This document shows, piece by piece, positions 35,806 to 42,822 of a stretch of 42,822 nt of DNA. Below the pieces are notes generated by a model. It had not been told where the DNA came from. It did no database searches and saw only the letters and a list, made by a program, of their open reading frames with translations. Each line of letters begins with the position of its first letter. Positions within the stretch are counted from its first letter, which is position 1. The translations under genes were made by a program, and so were the position numbers. The stretch lies in UHGV virus genome UHGV-1378655; one strand, written 5' to 3'. The stretch comes from a virus.

Positions 35806-36208
35806 CCTTCATCTTCTCCTTCTTACGCTTTCTGCGTGCCTTAGTTAGTTCTTCATACGTTATCCATTCAAGCCCTGTGTATTTAGGTGCTTTGCATATC
35901 CATGTGAGTGGTACTTCTCTGTTTTGATATCTGAATATCTTCGCTTTCAACTTCGCTACTTCTGTTGGCATACCTTTGACGTCTATCACTTCAAGCAGCT
36001 TGTTATCTTTCCATAATGCAAAGTCAGCTATATATTCTGTTTTGCGTTGGTTATCGAACTTAGGTATCAGTTCATATCTAGGTTGTAATTCGATATGATC
36101 ATATCCCTTACCTAAGTTACGTTCTAAATGTTGGTAATAGTCGCATTCAATTTTGCTATCGAACACAAAACCTTTATATTCAACTTTTTTAGAATTGTAT
36201 TTACTCAA
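35792..36208 (-). CDS. DUF1064-family phage protein
   Basis: MSKYNSKKVEYKGFVFDSKIECDYY... N-terminal pattern. Confidence 0.6.
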   Translation of the reverse strand: MSKYNSKKVEYKGFVFDSKIECDYYQHLERNLGKGYDHIELQPRYELIPKFDNQRKTEYIADFALWKDNKLLEVIDVKGMPTEVAKLKAKIFRYQNREVPLTWICKAPKYTGLEWITYEELTKARRKRKKEKMKDGKG

Positions 36209-36217
36209 AGTTCCACC

Positions 36218-36487
36218 TCAAAATAATAATTCGTTAATTGTCATTTGCTGTTGCAGTTCTTCTTTTCTGAACAACTTGTGTTTGCGTTTCAGTTTTTCTA
36301 GCTCATCTTTCGTTACTATTCCTGAAAATGTGTTTCTAAAGTGTATGCCTGCATAGTTACCTAGTTTGAATGTATCTTCTCCTAACGGCGTTACACTACA
36401 CATCTCCCAACCATCAATTTGATACAACATGTATTGCTTTTTAAGTCCGTCGATAAGTCCCATCTGGTTGCCTCCATTTTGTTTCAT
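36218..36487 (-). CDS. hypothetical protein
   Basis: 89-aa ORF. Confidence 0.4.
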   Translation of the reverse strand: MKQNGGNQMGLIDGLKKQYMLYQIDGWEMCSVTPLGEDTFKLGNYAGIHFRNTFSGIVTKDELEKLKRKHKLFRKEELQQQMTINELLF

Positions 36488-36662
36488 TCATGATTAACTC
36501 TTTCACTTCTTCGTAATCGTCGAAAGGTTTAATGATTCCGGCGTCAAGCAGTCTATTAATCGCCCATCCAGACTCAATTAATATTTTGGCTATGATTGGA
36601 TCTTCTTTATAATCCTCTCGATACAAAACGCCTAACAGTTTCTGATACTCATAAACTTTCAT
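36441..36662 (-). CDS. hypothetical protein
   Basis: 73-aa ORF. Confidence 0.4.
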   Translation of the reverse strand: MKVYEYQKLLGVLYREDYKEDPIIAKILIESGWAINRLLDAGIIKPFDDYEEVKELIMNETKWRQPDGTYRRT

Positions 36663-37909
36663 CCATAAAACCTCTGCGTTTTCTTGTAGAAATCGAGGTG
36701 TGCCACCCCTGTTTCTCCGTCTTTATTTTTAGAAATAATGAATTCAATTTCCGACTTACCTGTAATGTTGTCTTGTTGGTCTTGGTCGTAATAATCGTCA
36801 CGGTATAAGAAGAAAATCATATTCGCGTCTTGCTCAATTCCTCCTGCTTCTCTTAAATCTGACATCATCGGACGTTTATCACTACGACTTTCTACACCTC
36901 TACTTAATTGAGATAGCGCGATAATGATACAACCTGTTTCTTTAGCTATAATTTTTAAATCACGAGAAATTTTTTCAACTTCTAATCGTCTATCACGTTG
37001 AGGAACATCTGATTGCATGAGTGTAAGATAATCAATAAATATAACGTGAGGTTTGTCTGTTTTTTGAGATGCGACTTCTCTAACGTCTTGTGGTGTCATT
37101 TGAGCTTGATCCTCAATCTTTAAAGAATTACATTTTTTAATTTGATCTATAGCAGACATTACCGATGAAACTTCATCGTCATTCAATCCGTTTCCTTGCT
37201 TGATTTTAGATAGTGGAATATTTGTTATTGTTGCAACTAATCTCTCAACGATATTGTTACCTCCAGTTTCTAAACTAAAGAACGTTGTAGGATATCCACG
37301 CTGCGCGATATTCCACATCATTGTTAATGCAAGAGAAGTTTTACCTAACGAAGGTCTTGCACCCAATACATTCAACTGACCTGGTTCAAAACCAATGATT
37401 TTGTTATCTATAGAAGCAATACCAGTTTTAATAAATTGTTTTGGTTCATCAGATAGAATATTTTCTACAACTTCAGCTAGAAAACTATCAGTAGCGTCTG
37501 CTTTTTTTATTGTCATACCTTTTAATTTCTCTAATTCCTCTACCAAATAATTAAAATTTTCTTTACTCGGCATTGATTGATACTCTGTGAGCTTCTCACG
37601 AGCTTGTGACAAAACATATTCTTGTAATAGGTTCAATTGGTCGTCCATAAAAAACGCCTTGTCAGTGCCATCTGAGTTGTATAAACGACCTAATCGGTCA
37701 GTAGATATAAATTCATCATCATCACGACTTTTAAAGTAGATCTGGTTTACATCGACCTTCCCTTGCTCTAGTGCATACTCAATGAACACTCTTAATTTTT
37801 CATCAGTAAACATTTCAGGTTTCAATCTGAATTTACTTAGTAACTCTGGGTTACGCATGAGGTTAGATATAATAGATTCTTCGGTACTCAACACATCAAT
37901 ACTCATCAT
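36659..37909 (-). CDS. DnaB-like replicative helicase
   Basis: Walker A GARPSLGKTSLAL; DnaB C-terminal-type motifs. Confidence 0.85.
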   Translation of the reverse strand: MMSIDVLSTEESIISNLMRNPELLSKFRLKPEMFTDEKLRVFIEYALEQGKVDVNQIYFKSRDDDEFISTDRLGRLYNSDGTDKAFFMDDQLNLLQEYVLSQAREKLTEYQSMPSKENFNYLVEELEKLKGMTIKKADATDSFLAEVVENILSDEPKQFIKTGIASIDNKIIGFEPGQLNVLGARPSLGKTSLALTMMWNIAQRGYPTTFFSLETGGNNIVERLVATITNIPLSKIKQGNGLNDDEVSSVMSAIDQIKKCNSLKIEDQAQMTPQDVREVASQKTDKPHVIFIDYLTLMQSDVPQRDRRLEVEKISRDLKIIAKETGCIIIALSQLSRGVESRSDKRPMMSDLREAGGIEQDANMIFFLYRDDYYDQDQQDNITGKSEIEFIISKNKDGETGVAHLDFYKKTQRFYG

Positions 37910-38249
37910 CTAACCCCCAATCCTCTTTCATCTTTTGCCATTGTTTTCTTAATTGTTGCCTTCTCTCTCTAAACTCTTTATCGTGTTGCATTCTATATTT
38001 ATCAGTTTGTTCTTCTGGTATCACTGCGCTTTTCATTTCTGGTGGTTTGCGATCAATAATTTGTGCAATCGTAGGTTTATAACGACTTTCTCTAACATAT
38101 TTCTTTGTTTTGTGTAGTGTTCTGTCGAAATCCCCATATTGTGTGAGTTGTTCTACCCAAAGATTGTACTTAATTTTATTGAATTTCATATCGTAGACAT
38201 TATTTATTAACTCTAAGATTTCAATTGCCTCTAGTTCAGTCATTGACAT
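37896..38249 (-). CDS. hypothetical protein
   Basis: 117-aa ORF between the organiser and helicase genes. Confidence 0.4.
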   Translation of the reverse strand: MSMTELEAIEILELINNVYDMKFNKIKYNLWVEQLTQYGDFDRTLHKTKKYVRESRYKPTIAQIIDRKPPEMKSAVIPEEQTDKYRMQHDKEFRERRQQLRKQWQKMKEDWGLDDEY

Positions 38250-38254
38250 AATGT

Positions 38255-38956
38255 CTAACCTCCTAATAGTTCCTGTTTCTTCTTAGCTAGGTAATCATCT
38301 TCTTTATTGTTTCTAGGTTTAACTTTAGATATTGCTTTCTCTTTAGTATCGACACCGTCTTTACTCCAGTTTTCTAATACTTTGATAAGGTAGTTAACAC
38401 CTTTGCTATTTTCTTTGCAGTAATCAGTAGCTACAGTAACGATCTCTAGTTTGTTATCTTTAAAATCCTTTATAGCTTCTTCTAGTTGTTGTGCTTTTAA
38501 TGGACTTTGTATGATTTCTAAGTTATTACTAATATATTGAAATGATTTTGATGTCTCGTCACTGTCTCTATTTATTCTTGTATTATTAATTCTTGTATTA
38601 TTCTCTTCCGTCTTTTTATGGATAGGGTCTCCACTTTTTTGTGGATACCCCTCTCCATGATTTGACGGATAGGGTGCTGTAATATAAATTCTTCGTTCGG
38701 TTACAGTCATGTTTTCATCTCTAATAACCACTGTGTCGATATATCCTTTTTCTTTTAAGTTGCTTATCCAAGTAGATACAGTTTTTTTATGAACGTTATA
38801 TAGTTCTGCAAAGTAGTTATTACTAGCATATGAATATCCGTATTTATTGGACAAAGCAGTTAATTCGCCATACATAATAACTTCCATTGGTTTTAACTCT
38901 TTATCATATCTAACGTGTGCTGGAATGATTGAGTAATAGTTAGGTTGTTCTTTCAA
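38255..38956 (-). CDS. DnaD-like replisome organiser / replication initiation protein
   Basis: N-terminal HTH-like YSYASNNYFAELYNVHKKTVSTWISNLKEKGYID; position upstream of the helicase. Confidence 0.65.
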   Translation of the reverse strand: MKEQPNYYSIIPAHVRYDKELKPMEVIMYGELTALSNKYGYSYASNNYFAELYNVHKKTVSTWISNLKEKGYIDTVVIRDENMTVTERRIYITAPYPSNHGEGYPQKSGDPIHKKTEENNTRINNTRINRDSDETSKSFQYISNNLEIIQSPLKAQQLEEAIKDFKDNKLEIVTVATDYCKENSKGVNYLIKVLENWSKDGVDTKEKAISKVKPRNNKEDDYLAKKKQELLGG

Positions 38957-39627
38957 TCATCTCTCACTCCTTTCAGCATTTTGTTTAGTCGTTCATCCAC
39001 AGACACCCAACTGTCTGTTAAGTGATATTTGTTATTAAATGCGTCCATGCCTATTTGATGCTGTTCGTTGTGATGAGATCTACATAGAGCTAACACTTGA
39101 TTTCCGAAATGATTAATCTTCGTTCTATCTCTGCCACGTCCTACCGCAAATCTATGTGCTAAGTCGGAATGTGGTTTACCACAGATAACACAGTTACGAT
39201 TGACTGTTGACCAATATAGAAATGCTTTATCATTTTTGAGTAAGTCACTCGTCTTATAATTAAGTGGTATATCGTTGTGAAACACCCAGTCGAGAATAAC
39301 TTCTATAACTTGTTTAGCTTGTTCTCTTGTGCAATCACTCAATGAGAGACGTTTTTCATAGCCATAGAGAACTTCTACGTAATCCATGAACAAATACCTC
39401 ATATAGTCGCGTGGTTGTCCTGTGTAAGCTTCTATGTCGTTACAGAGAGCAAATACTTTTCTACGCTGCTTATCTGTAATCTTGAATGGATCTACAACTC
39501 TTACATCTGCTTCTACTTCGTAACCGTTGTCTAAAAGCAATGATGTTTTGTTATCTAGTTCTACTCCTTTGATGACTACAGTCGTTGTACCGTCATCTTC
39601 TGTAATGTAGTTTTTTATTACTACCAT
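38953..39627 (-). CDS. hypothetical protein with a CxxC/His-rich (HNH-like) motif
   Basis: NCVICGKPHSDLAHRF...LCRSHHNEQH. Confidence 0.45.
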   Translation of the reverse strand: MVVIKNYITEDDGTTTVVIKGVELDNKTSLLLDNGYEVEADVRVVDPFKITDKQRRKVFALCNDIEAYTGQPRDYMRYLFMDYVEVLYGYEKRLSLSDCTREQAKQVIEVILDWVFHNDIPLNYKTSDLLKNDKAFLYWSTVNRNCVICGKPHSDLAHRFAVGRGRDRTKINHFGNQVLALCRSHHNEQHQIGMDAFNNKYHLTDSWVSVDERLNKMLKGVRDD

Positions 39628-39640
39628 CTAATCAGTCCAA

Positions 39641-40054
39641 TCAGAACGGTAATTCTGAATTATCTATGTCTGTGCCGTTAGAAAACGGGTTATTGCCTGC
39701 TGGTGCTTGTCCTCTTTGTTGTTGAGATTGACTATTTTGTTGATTACTACCTTTGCTATCTAAAAATTCAATTCTGTTAGCAATTACTCGTACTACTGAA
39801 CGATTGTTACCTTCTTTATCTTGGAAACGGTCTTGCTTCAAGTTGCCTTCGATTAAAACTTTGCTTCCCTTACCGCAATAGTCGTTTAATAGTTGGGCAG
39901 TTTTGCCAAACGCTACGATGTCAAAGAATGATGTGTCATCTTTTTTGAATGGATTGTCCACTGCCATAGAGAAGTTAGTTACTTGTGTTTGTCCCGCTTG
40001 TTTAAGTTCTAAATCTTTAGTGATACGTCCTGTCAAAATTGTTAAGTTAGTCAT
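39641..40054 (-). CDS. ssb: single-stranded DNA-binding protein
   Basis: OB-fold pattern; C-terminal acidic tail DIDNSELPF. Confidence 0.9.
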   Translation of the reverse strand: MTNLTILTGRITKDLELKQAGQTQVTNFSMAVDNPFKKDDTSFFDIVAFGKTAQLLNDYCGKGSKVLIEGNLKQDRFQDKEGNNRSVVRVIANRIEFLDSKGSNQQNSQSQQQRGQAPAGNNPFSNGTDIDNSELPF

Positions 40055-40740
40055 TATTTCGCCTCCGTATATTTTTTAGCCATTGTTTGAATTTTGTTGA
40101 TTGTATTGATTGCTTGTTGTTCTGACATTGACGAATAGTTTTGTATGCCAAAAGTTTGTTCTGCTTGTTGTTGAGATACTTCTTTTCCTAACGATTTCAT
40201 CAAGTCGACAAATTTAAGTATTTCTTCTTTTAGAACGCCGACTGTTTGACTACTTACTTTGTTGTACTTTTCTTGCTTTTGTTTTGCGTCTGCGTCATCT
40301 TCATCAGTTGGGATATTGAAGAATTTCATTAAGAAATAACGTTCTGCGTACGTTAATGCCGTACCATGTGCTTTCGATACATCATCTTGTTGACCTACAG
40401 AATAAAAGTTCACTTCAAGTTGTTCTTCTGGTTTATCTGCATTGATCCATAAATAAGTTAATTTCATCTCAACAACAAACTCTGATGTTGTAACTTCTCG
40501 AGACGCTTTTTTGTTAAATCTAGTAACCTCGATTTGCTTGTAGTTTTCATCTGATGTTTTTGGTACGAGTAATAGATTATGTTCAATCATCTTGTTTCTA
40601 ATTCTGTGTAATACTTGAGATCCACTTACGTAACTGTAGTTGTAGCCTTTAGTGTCTTTCGTAAACCCTTCGATATTAGCTTTAACGTCAGCTATTTTTT
40701 GATATAAATTAAGTTGTTCAGTCATACTCAACCTCCTCAT
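40054..40740 (-). CDS. ERF-family single-strand annealing protein (putative)
   Basis: GYNYSYVSGSQVLHRIRNKMIEHNL motif; position beside ssb. Confidence 0.5.
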   Translation of the reverse strand: MRRLSMTEQLNLYQKIADVKANIEGFTKDTKGYNYSYVSGSQVLHRIRNKMIEHNLLLVPKTSDENYKQIEVTRFNKKASREVTTSEFVVEMKLTYLWINADKPEEQLEVNFYSVGQQDDVSKAHGTALTYAERYFLMKFFNIPTDEDDADAKQKQEKYNKVSSQTVGVLKEEILKFVDLMKSLGKEVSQQQAEQTFGIQNYSSMSEQQAINTINKIQTMAKKYTEAK

Positions 40741-40945
40741 ATTCAGTTGTTTCTGTTACTTTCTTTTTAATTGCTCTGTGCTTAGTCATGTCGATACTCA
40801 CATCTTCTAGTCCTGCAAATTCTCTTGCTCTCCGTCTATCTCTTGAATAAGAAGTATCTTCTTCGTTGTTAGGTTTATTAGTGATATACAGGTCGAAAGG
40901 AGCGTCTTTCAGTTTAATTAGATATGTCACTGTTTCTTTCATCAA
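40718..40945 (-). CDS. hypothetical protein
   Basis: 75-aa ORF. Confidence 0.4.
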   Translation of the reverse strand: MMKETVTYLIKLKDAPFDLYITNKPNNEEDTSYSRDRRRAREFAGLEDVSIDMTKHRAIKKKVTETTEYEEVEYD

Positions 40946-41186
40946 TCAAACACTCCCCTGCAATGACTTCTTTTGCTAGTTCAAATTTTTGTTGTAATTC
41001 TTCATCTGTGAAAAATTCGTAGAAATTCAGATGATTACAATTACTTTCATATTTTTGAGAATAGTGCCAAAAGGTAATACCAACTTCTCCATTATCAAAA
41101 GTATGAAATTCTGCTTTCACTTTTTCATCACTATGCAAAATCAATTTATTTAAATCATTGGCCGTTTTTAATAATTTGTGTCTCAA
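40914..41186 (-). CDS. hypothetical protein (TTG start)
   Basis: RBS GGAGGTAGTCAAG before TTG. Confidence 0.45.
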   Translation of the reverse strand: MRHKLLKTANDLNKLILHSDEKVKAEFHTFDNGEVGITFWHYSQKYESNCNHLNFYEFFTDEELQQKFELAKEVIAGECLIDERNSDISN

Positions 41187-41200
41187 CTTGACTACCTCCG

Positions 41201-41236
41201 TATATTTTGATTAAATTAAGTTGTATATTTTGATTA
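41201..41236. repeat. direct repeat TATATTTTGATTA x2 (23-bp spacing) upstream of the 40914-41186 gene
   Basis: copies at 41201-41213 and 41224-41236. Confidence 0.6.
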
Positions 41237-41247
41237 GATTCTGACTG

Positions 41248-41424
41248 TTACTTGTTGGCGCAAGTTTCAGTCTTTTTTGTTATCTCAAGCCACTTTTCCC
41301 AGAAGAAACTGCTGAAAATAAGGGTTAACATTGAAAATGCTATTACCGTAAAGAAACCACCTCCTAAAAGTAATGTGATGATCATTGCGATAAACATCGT
41401 CATGTAACTTAATAGATATTTCAT
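41248..41424 (-). CDS. 58-aa hydrophobic small membrane protein (not in the ORF track)
   Basis: MKYLLSYMTMFIAMIITLLLGGGFFTVIAFSMLTLIFSSFFWEKWLEITKKTETCANK; ATGA overlap with the upstream stop. Confidence 0.45.
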   Translation of the reverse strand: MKYLLSYMTMFIAMIITLLLGGGFFTVIAFSMLTLIFSSFFWEKWLEITKKTETCANK

Positions 41425-41636
41425 TTATCATCCTCTTCTTTCTCTTCTTTCATTTTTAAAAGTTTTTCGATATATCCTCTTTCTAATGCGAAATCAAATA
41501 ACATTTGTTGGATATGTTCAGGCATAAAAACCATTCCTTTCGTGTATAATGTTGTTGTCGCTACTGCGTTGGATTGGGGGTGAATCAATAATGCGTAAAT
41601 CAAATAAACATGTAATCCATAACAGCGATGGCTCAT
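41421..41636 (-). CDS. hypothetical small protein (real start probably the internal Met)
   Basis: 5' part of the ORF overlaps the + strand DUF2188 gene; conserved-looking part is MPEHIQQMLFDFALERGYIEKLLKMKEEKEEDDK. Confidence 0.35.
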   Translation of the reverse strand: MSHRCYGLHVYLIYALLIHPQSNAVATTTLYTKGMVFMPEHIQQMLFDFALERGYIEKLLKMKEEKEEDDK

Positions 41637-41818
41637 GGGGAGTTAAAACCGAAGGGTCCTCAAAAAATTCTAAAAACTTCTCTACTCAGCGCGATGCAAT
41701 TAATTGGGGAACTGAAGCTGCCAAGAAAAGTAAATCAGAGTTATTCATTCATGGTAGAGACGGTAGAATACGAGAACGCAATAGTTACGGTAATGATCCT
41801 TATCCACCTAAGGGCTAA
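41591..41818 (+). CDS. DUF2188-family protein (75 aa)
   Basis: MRKSNKHVIHNSDGSWGVKTEGSSKNS...LFIHGRDGRIRERNSYGNDPYPPKG matches the DUF2188 pattern; RBS GGGGGTGA; the track's ORFs 41549 and 41628 are wrong starts. Confidence 0.65.
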   Translation: MRKSNKHVIHNSDGSWGVKTEGSSKNSKNFSTQRDAINWGTEAAKKSKSELFIHGRDGRIRERNSYGNDPYPPKG

Positions 41819-42018
41819 TTAGGTATCAGCGACACTTTATAATTATCATTGATATTTATTGGTGTCTCAGTATTATCAATTGTTACAACTGGTTTATTTT
41901 TTGCATTATAAACAGTAATTTGGTTGTAATAAGAAGATAAAATTGTTTTCTTCTTAGCACTTCTAATCTCCTCCGCCAAGATGACGATTAGGAGTGCTAT
42001 TTTTAGTTTCTTTAGCAT
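41815..42018 (-). CDS. hypothetical small secreted/membrane protein
   Basis: N-terminal hydrophobic segment. Confidence 0.4.
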   Translation of the reverse strand: MLKKLKIALLIVILAEEIRSAKKKTILSSYYNQITVYNAKNKPVVTIDNTETPININDNYKVSLIPN

Positions 42019-42020
42019 TG

Positions 42021-42788
42021 CTAAGCCTCCTTTTCTATTACTGGTAAAATGTCATGTTCTTTCAGTAACTCGTAGATGAATAAACGGCCTTTTTGCGTCC
42101 ACTTGGTATTCATTCTTACTGATGTACTCCCATCTTTATGCTCGATTTCTGTAGTTGATGAATGTGTGTAACCTTTAGCGTGTAGGTTAGAATATAATAA
42201 CCACTGTTCAGATTGTTTATATTGAACTTTCAGTTCATGCAGTAACTTGTTTAACGCTTGAGCCGACATTCCGTAATCTTTAGCAATCTGACCCACTGTA
42301 ACTAAACTTTTATTGTTTAAAATTGTGTCTAGATAAGATGCTTTAGGTTCGTATTCGGCAATCTTTTGTTTTTGCATACTGTTTTCTAGTTGTAACTGTT
42401 GTTTCTCTTTTTGTTCCTCTATCCAAAGTTCAGCACGTTTGACTGGATCCTCAATCATGTAACTTGCGATTGGATGAGAAATTTGGCGTTCCATTTCGTT
42501 AAATTTATTGATATACGCCATCTTGAAATCGTTATGACCTTGAATATTGAACATGTATAAAGTGAAACCGTCTTTAGTTAGTAAGTATTCTTTTTGTTTT
42601 CGACCTCTTGAATCTTTATATTCACTAGGGATAATTAATGCGTCCACATTTGGACTCATTAAAAGTTTTTCTAAATCTCTTTTTACATGTTGATGTTGTT
42701 TTTCTAATTCGCTCGCTACTACTCGACTAGAAACTACTGCCCCTAATTCCGAGTTGTTTTCAATTTGTATTTTTTGTAATGCTTGCAT
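42021..42788 (-). CDS. phage antirepressor (ORF6N/Bro-N plus KilA-C-type)
   Basis: 255 aa; typical position after the immunity region. Confidence 0.7.
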   Translation of the reverse strand: MQALQKIQIENNSELGAVVSSRVVASELEKQHQHVKRDLEKLLMSPNVDALIIPSEYKDSRGRKQKEYLLTKDGFTLYMFNIQGHNDFKMAYINKFNEMERQISHPIASYMIEDPVKRAELWIEEQKEKQQLQLENSMQKQKIAEYEPKASYLDTILNNKSLVTVGQIAKDYGMSAQALNKLLHELKVQYKQSEQWLLYSNLHAKGYTHSSTTEIEHKDGSTSVRMNTKWTQKGRLFIYELLKEHDILPVIEKEA

Positions 42789-42805
42789 ATTGTTTATGCT
42801 CCTTT

Positions 42806-42822
42806 CTGCTATAATCCTTGAT
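42806..42822 (+). promoter_or_regulatory. extended -10 element TGcTATAAT at the window end, spaced correctly for the RBS and ATG at 1-18 if the sequence is circular
   Basis: TATAAT 42810-42815 preceded by TG at 42807-42808; the window start AAAGGAGGTGGTTTTATG follows 7 nt later across the junction. Confidence 0.35.

Overview
This 42.8-kb, low-GC (about 33%) window reads as one complete, circularly permuted Staphylococcus-type siphovirus genome rather than a prophage embedded in host DNA; no host gene is visible.

Modules present:
- Lysogeny module on the + strand (1-4029): cro-like XRE regulator <- | -> ImmR-like XRE repressor, ImmA metallopeptidase, a repeat-flanked 158-aa cassette, an N/Q-rich lipoprotein and a large serine integrase.
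- Structured non-coding attP-like region (4030-4847), flanked by the convergent integrase and lysis genes.
- Late and early genes all on the - strand (4848-42788), in order of rising coordinate: endolysin (Amidase_2-CHAP-2x SH3-like), holin, CHAP+glucosaminidase tail hydrolase, XkdX, BppU, beta-helix fibre, Tal-SGNH, Dit, tape measure, G/GT chaperone, major tail, head-tail genes, major capsid, scaffold, morphogenesis protein, portal, TerL, TerS, RinA-like, RinB, dUTPase, HNH nuclease, DUF1064, DnaB helicase, DnaD-like organiser, SSB, ERF-like annealing protein, antirepressor.

Most notable observations:
1. Two structural genes appear to be interrupted by self-splicing group I-like introns. A 1002-nt intron carrying an HNH homing-endonuclease ORF splits an HK97 gp10-family head-tail gene. 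A 246-nt ORF-less intron with recognisable P, Q, R and S core elements sits exactly after the catalytic Cys codon of the tail-associated CHAP hydrolase.
2. The serine integrase carries a 5-bp tandem duplication (GTCAG GTCAG) at codons 9-10 that frameshifts the canonical MNVAIYVRVSTLEQ N-terminus.
3. A -1 programmed frameshift site (U UUU UUC) lies inside the tail chaperone gene.
4. A 20-bp direct repeat precisely flanks a 478-bp cassette in the lysogeny module, next to a candidate superinfection-exclusion lipoprotein.
5. The last bases of the window (TGcTATAAT) and the first bases (AAAGGAGGTG...ATG) together form a promoter-RBS-start, suggesting the two ends are contiguous in a circle.
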